Source of the DNA: Lama guanicoe
Lineage: Eukaryota
Length of the DNA stretch: 64,000 nucleotides
Direction: 5' to 3'
Assembly (NCBI GenBank): GCA_013239625.1
Contig: MU054122.1
Location: 646,773-710,772, forward strand
How positions within the stretch are numbered: the stretch's first letter is position 1; each line of letters begins with the position of its first letter. Under the pieces are notes generated by a model. It was not told the DNA's origin. It saw nothing but the letters and a program-made list of their open reading frames with translations, and searched no databases. This document shows, piece after piece, positions 39,446-51,677 of this stretch. Position numbers and translations under genes: made by a program.

Positions 39446-40340
39446 AAACCTCCCAAGGTATATAAAGTACCCATGTGTGAGAGCTCTGCTAACTCAGACT
39501 TCTTTTTTCTAGGAACACCTGATAAAGGTAAGTGAATCTGAATTAATTTTCACTGATTTTTACATGCCAGCATTTAATTTCATCCCATGTTTATTATTTT
39601 ATTTAAAGAAATTATACAGTAAGGTTTACTTTTCAGTAAATAACTCCAGCTCATTAAGCATCAACGTAACTAATCAGTATCAACCTAGTCAATATCCTCA
39701 AGTGGCTTCTCCCTCCGTAAGGGCCTCTCTGTCAGATGCTGAGAAAGCTAAGGACAGCATTCAGATTACATGTTCTCTAAGAGAGTGATCTGTGCTTGGC
39801 ATTGGAGTGCAATAAATGTGAGGTGTGATTTTGGGGGGCATCGAGTGAGTGGAATCCCCATTCATTTGAATTTGTAACATGAATGTGGGTATATAGAAGC
39901 TAATGAAAAATTGGGGAAAACGTGAGTGAATTTGGATAGCTTAGTTGGCTACATCAGAGCTACAGAGTCTGGGATTTGATATTATAAGGACCTAGGTTTA
40001 GATTTCAGCTCTGCACATGACGTCTAAACTCTTTGAGTGTCAAGTCCCTCGTGTATACAGTGGAGATGGCAGAACCTAATCAGAGTTTGTGAGGATTAAA
40101 AATGAGCAAAAACAGTGTGCTGAATAAGTGGTTATTCTCACCATTGAAAAGATTTGACTGGGGAGTCTTATCCTCTGAGAACAGTAAATATGAAGTGCCC
40201 TATTTATGTTTACCAGCATGTGCAGACACTTCAGGTTGGTATTTATTTAACACAAAGGATAGTTTCTTTTTCCTTAACTCTTTCTTCATCAACTGAAAAC
40301 AATGTGGGGAGGGCAGAGAATCCATGGCCTTTTAATGGTT

Positions 40341-40409
40341 GACTGAAACATTATGCTACACACCAGAGACTGACACAACATTGTAAACTGACTATACTTC
40401 AGTAAAAAA
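40341..40409 (+). mobile_element. Short L1 3' tail
   Basis: gactgaaacattatgctacacaccagagactgacacaacattgtaaactgactatacttcagtaaaaaa. Confidence 0.75.
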
Positions 40410-41133
40410 ATTTTTTAAAGTTATAGATAATAATAGTGTTTAACATGGACTGAAGTTCCATGTTGCTTCAGTTTTTGTTTTTTTAATTTCACATCAGGCC
40501 TTACACACAGTTTGAAACCTTGTAATTATGATTTATTAACTGCCTCAATAAAGTGTTGTTCATGGCAGCATAAGCACTTAGGGTTCAGATTTTAGTCATC
40601 ACCTTAATGAGGAAAACATTTGATTTTTAAAAATGTCATTGAATAAAATTCTTCATGTAAATTCTGAAATATGAAGTCAGGGTAATAACTTATTAGAGTG
40701 ATAGACTGAAATATCTATTAAACTTTTTCATGATAGAAAACTGTGACTTTCATATAAAATAAATTTTACTTTTACTCTAAAATGAAGTAAAAAATCTTAT
40801 TTGACGATAGAGTCTTATCCAAGTTGGAAGCACATTCGTTCCATCCTACAGTAAGTGGTACAGATGACGGGGCTGAAGCCTGGTCACACCTAGATTAGAA
40901 CCTTAGCAAGAATGTTACCAGTTTACCTGTATCCTCACGTCAGTCTCTTTACCTGCCGATGGAGGTAACAGTTATACTCAATTTCGGTTGTTAGGAGAAT
41001 CAAAGGAGACGTGCTAGGCATGAGTTTCATGGCTTCCCTCTAATACCTTTTGATTCAAGCACTCAATTCTGAGTTTGATTTCACTGTCTTTTCTGAATGT
41101 CAGTTTCATTTTGCTTTTGCTTTTGTCATATAG

Positions 41134-41247
41134 GATTAACCAGTACCTTGACGTCAGGACTCTGGATTGGACTGAACAGTCTGAGTTTCAACAGTGGATG
41201 GCAGTGGAGTGGGGGCAGCCCGTTCCGATATCTGAACTGGTTACCAG
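41134..41247 (+). CDS. MRC1: MRC1 exon 5, CTLD1 middle part, 114 nt (absent from the ORF track)
   Basis: ttttgtcatatAG acceptor. Encodes GLTSTLTSGLWIGLNSLSFNSGWQWSGGSPFRYLNWLP with the C-type lectin WIGL motif. Donor CAG|gtaggc. Confidence 0.96.
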
Positions 41248-42396
41248 GTAGGCTAAAACTTGTCTGATTAACCAGGTACGATTAAGCTGGCTGAAGTCAT
41301 CTAAATTTAATTTACCTGGATGCCATGGAAACCTTCGTCATCTCACATGTAGACCTCAAAGAGGAGAGCTGGCAGACTTCATCAAATACAGTCCATTTCT
41401 CACCTTGTTTTGACATCTGTCAACTAGATTTGAATATGCTAAAACTATAATATATATAGTTATTCCAGCTTTCTGGGAAAAGAACTTGTCTGGAAGGATT
41501 ATCACACAAATCAATGTAAGACTGTTAAAGTGTATATTCTTGGTACATCCTTCATTTGCTAGGTGTTTTGTTCAAAAATTTGATTTTATATTTATGAAAG
41601 ATATATAATGCTATATAGTATATTCAAAGATTTTATAAATATTTATTTATATCTACACACATTATGAATTTGATAAATTTAAATTTGAGGGGGATGGGGC
41701 TGGAGAATTTCTCATTATCTTGACCCATGAGATAGTTGCAATATTTCTGCCTATTATAATGATCTTAAGGTCTACAGGAACACCATTTTCTCCTGTTTTG
41801 AATCAAATAGAGTTGGGCTAAAAATAGTATCAGTCACAGATTGTAATATTCCATACTAGCATAATAATTCATTAGCAGTTTTGTTGACAAGTCATAGTTG
41901 ATCTGTAGGAAAACACAGGGGATGATCAAGTCTTCAATAACTTTACAGGTTTCTGAAGGATAGAAAATGCTCTGAACTAATTATTTCTACATTATCATAA
42001 CACTGAGGTAACAGAACATAAAAGAAGACTAAATAATAAAGATGTTTTACAAATATGGTAATTATTGAGAGTAAACAAAACGACAAGTGATGATGAAAGA
42101 TCTTCATCTTATTGGCCCATATCAACCATTGTTAGTAGCCGCTTAAGGCACTGAGATGAATATGATTCTAAACTCCCTATCCACACCCCTATTTCGTACT
42201 AATCTTGATTTATGAAGAAAGAGTGCAGTTAAGGATTGGTGATGTCTACCTAGTTGTGGGAGAGGATGGGTCACATCTTCATTTACTAGTTCTGCTGTGG
42301 AAAACACTGATGTGGTGGTTCTTCATATGGTCAGACTTCTTTTTTAAAGCCATTGAATGATTTTTGCTTTTGCCTTAGAAAATTAAACTCTCCAGC

Positions 42397-43123
42397 TGTG
42401 GAGAAAAGGGAACCCTCCTGCACTGTTGGTGGAAATGTAATTTGGTGCAACCATTATGGAAAACAGTATGAAGTGTCCTTAAAAAACTAAAAATAGTGTT
42501 AACATATCCAGCAATCCCACTTCTGGGCATATATCTGTAGGGAAGTCTAATTTGAAAAGATACATGCACCGTAGTGTTAATAGCAGCACTATATATAATA
42601 GCCAAGACATGGAAGCAACCTAAATGTCCATGGACAGATGATTGGATAAAGAAGTTTAGGTATGTATATGCAATGGAATATTACTCAGCTGTGTAAAAGA
42701 ATGAAATAATGCTATTTGCAGCAACATGGTTGGACCTAGAGATTAACATACTAAGTGAAGTAAGTCAGACAGAAAAAGACAAATATTATATGATACCACA
42801 TATGTGGAATCTAAAATAATAATACAAATGAACTTATTTACAAAATAGAAACAGACTCACAGACATAGAAAACAAACTTATAGTTACCAAAGGGGAAAGG
42901 AGGAGGAGGGATAAATTAGGAGTTTGGGATTTGCAGATATAAACTATTATATATAAAATACATAAATCACAAAGTTCTGCTGTATAGCACAGGGGACTAT
43001 ATTCAATAGCTTAATATAGCCTATAACGAAAAAGAATATAAATACACATATGTGTGGGAATCACAATGTGGTACACCAGAAACTGACACAACCTGGTAAA
43101 TCATCTATACTTCAATAAAAAAA
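42397..43123 (+). mobile_element. 5'-truncated L1 (end of ORF2 plus complete 3' UTR and A tail)
   Basis: tgtggagaaaagggaaccctcctgcactgttggtgg...tacaccagaaactgacaca...tacttcaataaaaaaa. Confidence 0.9.
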
Positions 43124-43264
43124 TAAGCTTTCCATTTTCTGTATTAGTAACTTATGGTATTAAAAAGAAAAACTTTGAAATAAATAAATAATATTCAGTA
43201 TACGCTGAAACATGAGAGGGAATTTTTAAAGAATCTATGTTGTTCATTTTTTTAATTGAAAAAA

Positions 43265-43470
43265 TGTTTTTCTTGAAGTATAGTCAGTTTACAAAGCTGT
43301 AGCAATTTCTGGTGTGCAGCACAATGCCTCAGTCATGTAGGAGCATACATATATTTGTTTTCATATTCTTTTTCACCAGAAGTTACTGCAAGATATTGAG
43401 TATAGTTCGTATGCTATACAGTATAAACTTGTTTATCTATTTTATATATACTAATTAGAATCTGCAAGTT
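43265..43470 (-). mobile_element. Short L1 3' end
   Basis: ttgaagtatagtcagtttaca...atttctggtgtgcagcacaatg...tgctatacagtataaacttgtttatctatttt. Confidence 0.8.
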
Positions 43471-44602
43471 GATTAGATTTTACTATGAAATTTGACTTTC
43501 GGTGTAGTCTTTCAATGCATGATGGTTACAGGGCTGTCAGCTAGACGCCTCTGGAATATGAGAGGTAAACATGGCTGCAAGAGAATTTAAGATGTGCTTT
43601 TTACGTGTAAAAATTTGATTTGTCTGACCGTTCACTCAGTCAAATTAAGCTGGAGAATGCCAGTTGGCTCTGTCAGACCATTAGAGAACAATAATCATTT
43701 ACTGGGGGACTAAAGTTTATTCTTTGCTGCTTAATTATTGTACCTTGTTAGGCAGGCCACTTTATTACTCAGTTTTGAAGTTATTATTATAATATTTAAC
43801 CACTTTCATTCTAAGAGTTCAGTGAGAAAAATGAGAGGTTAACTTCAGTGAGGAATAAAATAGGACTATTAATGAGAAAGGAAAAAGAAATGTCTTTTCT
43901 TTTTAAACCAAGTTCCTGAGAAGTAGGTACAAGATTAAATCACCTTCTGAAGTAATATAAGAGTTTCTTCAAATGAAAATTAGAAACTTTGTGGAACATT
44001 AGAAGTTGTTATTGTATAAATTGTTCGATCAAGTATTCAACTGAGTACTTACATCTATTAAAATACATTTACATTTGAAATGAGAACATTTTACACAGAT
44101 AATATAGACTATGAATTCGAATATTTAACTATGGCAACTATTTAAAGGCAACTACTTGATATATTAAAATTGGTAATGGTGTTCTGTTGATAAATAACTC
44201 TCTATGATTTACTAGCTCATATATTCATGAATAACCATTAGCTATAAAATATATTGTTTCTTGAAACTAGAAAGCTTCTTTTTAGTACTGATACCTGATC
44301 TGTTAGTTCAGTTACACCGTGAGTTTGGTCATAATATCAACACATTTTAAAAAACATCTTTATCCTGATTACTAACAATTTTTTCTTCGTGAGCTATTCA
44401 AGCAACTTCCAAAAAATTTTGACAAAGACTTTATGGAGCAGGTAATGTGATTCCCATCTTGCGGGAAAGGGAAAGTGTGGCCCGGATCCAGGCCTATATG
44501 TGTCAGAGGTCACAAAACAGTCATTGACAAAATGTGACTCATTATCCTGTCTTGTGAGATGGAGCTAGCTTTTAGAACGCTGGTTGTAAAATCATATGTT
44601 AA

Positions 44603-44731
44603 GGGGGCAAGGGAATAGCTCAGAGTGCATGCCTAGCATGCACAGGGTCTTGGGTTCAATTCCTAGTATCTTTGTTTAAAAAAATAAACCTGAAATTACC
44701 TCCTCCCCATTAAAAATTTTTAAAAAAATTT
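44603..44731 (+). mobile_element. tRNA-derived SINE, Vic-1-like (camelid), with TSD
   Basis: GGGGGCAAGGGAATAGCTCAGAGTGCATGCCTAGCATGCACAGGGTCTTGGGTTCAATTCCTAGTATC...AATAAACCTGAAATTACCTCCTCCCC. TSD aaat(c/t)atatgttaa at 44589-44602 and 44732-44745. Confidence 0.85.
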
Positions 44732-45296
44732 AAATTATATGTTAAAGTAGTGAAAAAGCATGAAAATGTGGGTGTCAACGCATGTATCGATTGCATTAGG
44801 AAAGTTGACTTGATCTGGGTTTTAGGCAGCTTCCAATAAGCTACGAGATAAGGGTTAACTATTAACAATATTCTTTAATAAGTTGAGTTGAAAATCTCGA
44901 AAAAGAGTCTTGGCTCCGAGAGCACTTTACCTGCATTTACTGTAGCGTGGTGTTACCTGTAGCATCTCTTCCCTTGTCTTTCTCCCCTCCAGTGCCTTCT
45001 TTTCTGCGTCCTCTTTCTAACTGGGGAAAGATTTTTCATGTCCAGACATTCTCTAGTCTGGACCTCACAGTTTGCTTGACTGAGGTATTTTGGGAGGTCT
45101 GGACAGTGTTTAACATGACTGGTTTGGAACATCATGTATTCTTTTGCTACTTACATAACATAACCCAGCGTGGGGACTGGTCAAGGTTTAAGGTCCAGCT
45201 CTATTATTTGATACTGTGGGGGAAGAAAGTTATTTCAAAGACGTCAACTTATAAAATCAACATTTTAGATATTGGAATGATCCAATGACGAGAAAA

Positions 45297-45383
45297 CAAA
45301 TAGACACCCAACGTGTCTCTTGCTCTGCAGTCAGTAAATATTTATTGGTGAATATATAGCAAAAGAGCAAGTGGGGATCCAAT
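45297..45383 (+). ncRNA. MIR511: mir-511 orthologous hairpin in MRC1 intron 5 (diverged, possibly non-functional)
   Basis: caaatagacacccaacGTGTCTCTTGCTCTGCAGTCAgtaaatatttattggtgAATATATAGCAAAAGAGCAAgtggggatccaat aligns with recalled human pre-mir-511 (5p GUGUCUUUUGCUCUGCAGUCA, 3p AAUGUGUAGCAAAAGACAGA). Intron 5 is the known host intron. Confidence 0.85.
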
Positions 45384-45474
45384 AAATGCCAAGGATGAAC
45401 ACATGGGGCTGTGGGAGGCTGTCTGCTTGTAATCCCTGTAACAATCCCGCTTTTATTTTTTCTTTTCCCCAAAG

Positions 45475-45621
45475 GAAGTCCTTCAGCAGAACCGGGGAAA
45501 AGCTGTGTGTCACTAAACCCTGGGAAAAGTGCTAAATGGGAAAATCTGCAGTGTGTTCAGAAACTAGGCTATATTTGTAAAAAGGGCAACACAACTTTGA
45601 ATTCTTTTGTTATCCCCTCAG
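45475..45621 (+). CDS. MRC1: MRC1 exon 6, CTLD1 C-terminal part, 147 nt
   Basis: tttttcttttccccaaAG acceptor. Encodes GSPSAEPGKSCVSLNPGKSAKWENLQCVQKLGYICKKGNTTLNSFVIPS. Donor CAG|gtaagt. Confidence 0.96.
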
Positions 45622-46879
45622 GTAAGTAAGTGATCTGTTTGATCTGAAGTGCATGAAAGATAAGTTAAAGATAAAATTACAACCTAGTCCTAACTGTATG
45701 CAGTGACGGGTTTTGCTGCTAATGTAGGGGGTCTGTTTAATGATATTCCTACAAAGTTCCTTTTTGTTGGCTACTCCTCCTGGTTGCTAACATTTCCTGA
45801 ATATTCTCTAGCTCTCAGGCATGAGCAAAGCCTTTCACAGAACATTAGTAAAAATTTTATCTTCACGGCAGCCGTCTGAGGTAGGTATTGTTACTCACAT
45901 GTTCTAGATGAGAGAAGAGCTAGTCAGAGGATATAAAAAAAATTGCACCTGTGACAGCCCTGGAATCCAGGCTGGGAAATAAATATCTGAAAGGGATGTG
46001 TTTACTATGTCCTCACTATTTAATGACCTGTCTGGGCTCCAGAGCTATTCAGTTTAACATCGTACACTGAAGTCTTCACAGAAATGGAATAAAACATCCC
46101 AGAAGTAGTAACTGAATTTTGTATACAGGCTAGACCAGTGGGGAAAATGCAGTTAGGCTCTCTATTATAATTTTATAGATGATTTCAACTACTTGGGCAC
46201 GAATGCATTCTTTCTTCAAATTAACAAAAAACAAATTAGCTACATTTTTTTCCCCATTAGCTATTTTTGGAGAACACTTAGTACGTCAGAGGGATGTATG
46301 TGTGTACATACGTATTCTGCTTGGGAAATCTGACGATGCGGCGTTCTTGACTTTTTTCTCCTTGACTTTTAAAAACAATTTCATTTATTTAAAAATATGA
46401 TTGATGTGGCTAGAAAGTGAAAAGGTATGGCATGGAACACAATAATAATTTCCTCCAACCTCTCTTACTTCAAATATGCTGTTCCCCTCTCTGAATTACT
46501 ATGTCTGGATGTATATCCTTACCTAGTTATTCTATGAATATGTAAATACACATGTTTATGATTATTTTTATCTGTTTTCTATAAGTGGCAGCATTCAATA
46601 TAACTGTCCCGGGAAGGCCCCAGGGGGTCCTCTTTGGTTACATGCCTCACCTTGTTTCATTTGCTAACCTTCACTTCCTGTTGGGTTTTGAATTTCTCCA
46701 TGCTTCCTGGATTAATCATTCTATCTTACCTACAAACTCAAATAAACAAGAGCTTGGAAAAGTATATCAGAGTTAAGATTATGAAGCACACACGATTGGT
46801 GACTCTCTTGGGCCAGGGTTCCATGTTGTACCCTGTTTGTTTCTTCAGTGCCACCCTGTTCATCCATAAACCCTGGATC

Positions 46880-47222
46880 TCTAGAGCCACACTGTTGAGT
46901 TCAGTGGCCATTAACCCCATGTTGATACATTGAGCACATGACATGTGGCTTGTTCCAACATAAATGTGCTATCAGGGTCAAAGACGCTGGATTTCCAAGA
47001 CACAGCATGAAAAAAAAGTAAACTATTTCATTTTTTTTTTATTGATTACATGTTGAAATGATGATATCTTCAATCTATTGGGCTAAATAAGCTATATTAT
47101 TAAAATTAAAGTTACTCATTTCTTTTTACTTACATTTAACATGGCAACTAGCAAATTTACGATTATGCGTGTGGCTTACATTTGTAGATTACAATATTTT
47201 TCAATAGGAGAGTGTTGCTCTG
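46880..47222. mobile_element. MER33-like hAT-Charlie element
   Basis: Imperfect inverted ends ctagagccacactgtt...ggagagtgttgctctggag. Internal attgattacatgttgaaatgat...ttgggctaaataa. Confidence 0.7.
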
Positions 47223-47724
47223 GAGGGACCAGCCATCTTTTGTGGCTCCCCTAGGAAACTCCCCTTCATTTGTTGTTTTCATGTTTTGAAATCTTTTTAA
47301 AGCTCATCTATTTTGTTTTTTGAAGCTCTCAACCTTTGCTGGCATTATTTTCAGCTTCCTGGGCTGCAAAATTGAAATATCCCACCAGAGGGCTCCAGAG
47401 CTATACCAACATTTACTTTTGTTTTTGGAACCACTGGAACTTGTACAAAAGGCATAGACTTTCTAACAATATGCATTTTTCTATTATAATAATACAGGGT
47501 TTGGATATCATGACTGCCTATTTCCTTGAATGACTGCGTGCAGAATCCTGGGCTTATCCAAAGGTGTAGATAGTCCCAGCCTTAACAGAATATGGGACTC
47601 ATACATTAAACAGGTACCAAAGGTACCCAATATTGAACCTTTGCTAAGGCAGCACATTTGAGAATGTTTCATATCAAACTTAAATATAGAAATTGACATT
47701 CATTTGGCAATGTAGCTTCTCTCT

Positions 47725-48240
47725 CTTTTTTAAACATAAACTTTATATTTAGAACAGCTTTAGATTTACAGTAAAATTGAGAAGATAGTACTATACACCT
47801 GCACACCTAGTTTCCCCTGTTGTTAATATGTCACATTACTATGATACATTTGTTACAATTAATGGACAAACATTGATACATTATTAACTAAAGTCCATAG
47901 TTTATTCAGATTTCCTAGTGTGCTTTTGTTTCAGGATCCCATCCAGGATACCACATGACTTTAGCTGGCTTGTCTCTAAATTTAGGCTCTTCTTGGCTGT
48001 GACAGTTTCTCAGACTTGTTTGTTTTTGACAATCTTGACAGTTTTGAGGTGTAGTGATTGGGTATATTGTAAGATACCCCTTTTTTTGTCTGATATTTTT
48101 CTCATGGGTAGAATTTCAGGGAGAAAGATTGCACGGGTGAAATATCATTCTCATCACATCATATCAAGGGTACATATCGTCAGCGTGATTTATGACCTTA
48201 GTGTTGACCTTGGTCACCTGGCTGAAATAGTGTTTGTCAA
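47725..48240 (-). mobile_element. Old L1 (L1MC-like) 3' UTR remnant (similar remnants at ~57510-58110)
   Basis: tttagaacagctttagatttacagtaaaattgagaagatagtac...attattaactaaagtccatagtttattcagatttcc. Confidence 0.7.
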
Positions 48241-49408
48241 CAATATAGCTTCTCTTTAAGCAAGGTACATTGTAGAATTGCTGTTTGAAACAGTACCCAT
48301 AAAATGGTCATAATAAGCTACTGTATATCAAATATAACTTCACATTTTTTCCCTGACCAACATTCATTACACTTATCATGTGCCAGGTGCTCTACTGTTT
48401 TAGGGCATACGGGGCTGAATAAAGTGAGTCTCTTGCCTTCAAATGTCATTCCCACCACTTTCCCCAGCTCATTACTATTACAGTAGATGTTTCTAATGTA
48501 TAGCCAAGATCATGAAATTTGACCATAGTTATTAGTAGCAGTAATTATGATGTCAGTCACTATTATGGGTTTGATTAAATAGTAATTGTCCTGTTTGTGA
48601 TTTACAGCATGTGATCGCAAATGTTTTAACAACACAGTGAGGATGGGTAGTTTAATAGTCATATTTGCATTAATATTATTTACATTTTTTTACATATATG
48701 GATAATTTGGTTCATGTGATGTGACTTGCCCAAGATCGTACAACTTGTGGCAAATTCAGGTTTTGCATTCAAGACTTCTAAATCTAAATCCTTGTGACTT
48801 TGGCAATATAACATCATCTTTTGGGAGCAAGTCAATGGCAGTGGGTCGGTTCAGGGGCCCAGGTAGCCGGCTCACACAGCTGTGGTTTCAGAAGCTCCTT
48901 GGTGGCCCCCTGCCCTCCACTCATTCCGTTCCCTGTCTCAACAGAATCTTTCTCCTGCTGTCTGATGAGTCTTGCCCTGCCTCTAATTTCCATAGAATGG
49001 AAGTAAAATGAAATATTTTCAGGAATGCATTATATGCGAAACCATTTGCGTCTCTGCATTTACATAACATGCTTAGTTCAGGTTTGCCGATGATCAAATG
49101 CGGATAAAATGAAACAGTCTATTGTATCTTAGTGTGGCCTTGTTGTAGGTACAATCAAAAAAAGAGATTTCTCATTTAGCTTTATTTTAAAATGAAAGGT
49201 GGCTTCATATACATTTTAGTCCCAAAGCGAACACGATCTGGTCTATCTTTTGTGACTGTCTAGGTGAAAACAATGGAAAATATTCACTGTATTTGCTTAT
49301 AACTATGAACTGTTTCACATATAGAATGGTAGAAAATATTGTTACAATTGAAAAAAAAAAAACTCTTTCCTTTTAAATGTTTTTCAAATTCTTTTTTTTT
49401 TTCCCTAG

Positions 49409-49594
49409 AAAGTGATACCCCTACTAACTGTCCGAGCCAGTGGTGGCCATACACAGGCAACTGCTACAGGATTTACAGAGAAGAAAAGAAAATTCAAAGA
49501 GATGCCCTGACTGCCTGTAGGAAGGAAGGTGGAGATCTTGCTAGTATCCACAGCATTGAGGAATTTGACTTTATCATCTCCCAGCTGGGCTACG
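49409..49594 (+). CDS. MRC1: MRC1 exon 7, CTLD2 N-terminal part, 186 nt
   Basis: T-rich tract plus ccctAG. Encodes ESDTPTNCPSQWWPYTGNCYRIYREEKKIQRDALTACRKEGGDLASIHSIEEFDFIISQLGY. Donor G|gtaaga. Confidence 0.96.
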
Positions 49595-50615
49595 GTAAGA
49601 ATTTCCATCAGACATATGCTTGTCTCTTGTCTTCCTGATTCTGGAAAATTTAATTGCAAGTGTGAAATCTAATAAAATTCAAATTACCAGTTCAATGAGC
49701 AGTTTAGTAACAAATATTAATCATGCCTCCAGTATAAAAACTGTAGAGTAGTTTAAAGAGTTTTTATCACTGAAAGAATATCTGATTTTTCTTTTAACAT
49801 GGAATCAATTTATGCATAGTTTCAAAATTATTTTTCTAGTATTTTTCTGTATAATCTGGATTCACAGCAGCCTACCTTAAATTTGTCAACAATATTTCAC
49901 TTTTTGGAATTATGTGTGTGCGTGAATGTATTTTCTTTTATAAGGCTTGTATTTGGTCTCACAGGACAGGTCTCTAAATGAGCCATCTCATACTTAGGAT
50001 TTTATTTACTTTATTAACCTCGCTAATGCTGCTCAAATGATGAGCACTGAAAGAAATAAAATATTTGATTGGCATCATTAGATGCTGGCTTAAACCTTTT
50101 TAAGAAATTGGTGTCTTAATTTTAGGAGTATAATTTAAGAAGTGTATAGAAATCATAGTCACTAAAATATTGCCAAGGCCTATCAGAAACATGTAACAAG
50201 TGGGTAAAGTGAGTCGGGGATGCTGATCTGAAAGAGGAGGAGGGGAGGAAGGATGCGGTGGTACTTGGCACTCAGTCACCCTTGCTGATTCAATGATGAT
50301 CTTTTTCTGCTTCTACTGATGAGAATGCTGATTGGTTGCAGCTGTTCATTTCCAGAGAGCAAAACAAGAGGAAATGGATGGTGATGATGGTGGGGACTGA
50401 TTCCTGACACTTAGTGCCTGAAAATTGATAGAGTGGGGGTAGGGGAGAAGAAAACACAATGAACAAATAGACAAGAAAAACAGAATAGTCTCTGAAAGAG
50501 ATGTAAAAGTTCCCCAACACTGCTACTTTTAGCAACTGTGCCAAATGGAATCATTTCTGCTCCGCTTACCTCAGTTTAGTAGGGAGATGACATTCAGATA
50601 TAGCACATAAATGAT

Positions 50616-50706
50616 GTTTTTTGAGGTTACAATGTGTCAATTTCTGGTGTACAGCACAATGTCCCAGTCACACATATACATATGTATATTCATTTTCATA
50701 TTCTTC
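50616..50706 (-). mobile_element. Very short L1 3' end with TSD
   Basis: CATAAATGAT duplicated at 50606-50615 and 50707-50716 around gttacaatgtgtcaatttctggtgtacagcacaatgtcccagtca. Confidence 0.8.
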
Positions 50707-51677
50707 CATAAATGATTTCTTGATTATTCTATATTTACCTATCCTGGAGCATTTGGACTACACAATAATAATGTTATCAAAACTGATATATCTAAAATAA
50801 AAAGGCCCTGATATATCTGAATAATACCATGACATATACAATGTGATACAGTAGTAATGAAGTTCGCAAATGAATCAGTGGAAAACATGAGTTAGGAGCC
50901 TGTAGGGTTAACATGCAAATTTTGCTCTACTTTATAGAATATGGTCTAGTCATAGGAGAACCTTATAGATTTATTGCTGTAGTTATTGTGGGAATTTGGA
51001 TGACAAAGTTTGCTTTTAAACTCAGCTGGAGAATTAGTAAATTTTCACTAGGGAAAGCTTCCTGTTTTTATTATCAATGAGGATTTATTTACTTAAAGCA
51101 ATTCAAATAATATTGATAAAGAAATGTTACAAAATTAAAATTATTGTTGCTAAGTTAAAAGCTGAGAAAGCCTTTTGTTAGCTAGTTGAGATGATATCTT
51201 CCGTGTTAATCACAGAAATACAGACAAATTGAGACCTACACATATGCTTTCTGACTCCATCAACTAAGATAGCTTCCCTAACAGTTTTATAAAATTCAGT
51301 CTAACAACTTTACGCTTCCATCTTATATATTTTTGTAGAATCAAGGTTGTGTGAATAAAGTACAAAACCTGGAGGGGGAGAAGTTAAGTAAGGAAAAAAA
51401 ATTTTTTTTGTTTTTATTTTAATTTTTATTTTTTGGGTAAACAAAAATTATTCTAGGAAAAGCAACCCATTGAGACATAAAACTGTTTTAAAATTTATGT
51501 ACGTGTACTGTTCATTGTTTCTAAGAACAGTTTAGAGCTTTAGCTTTTTAAACTTACATAGTTATCAAAGGAATAAAGCCAATCATAAAATAAGAATCAG
51601 CAGAATGCAGTAATCCAATCATAAAGGACACACAGGTGTGCTCACACATATTTAAGAAATCAATCATTTGTTATAAA

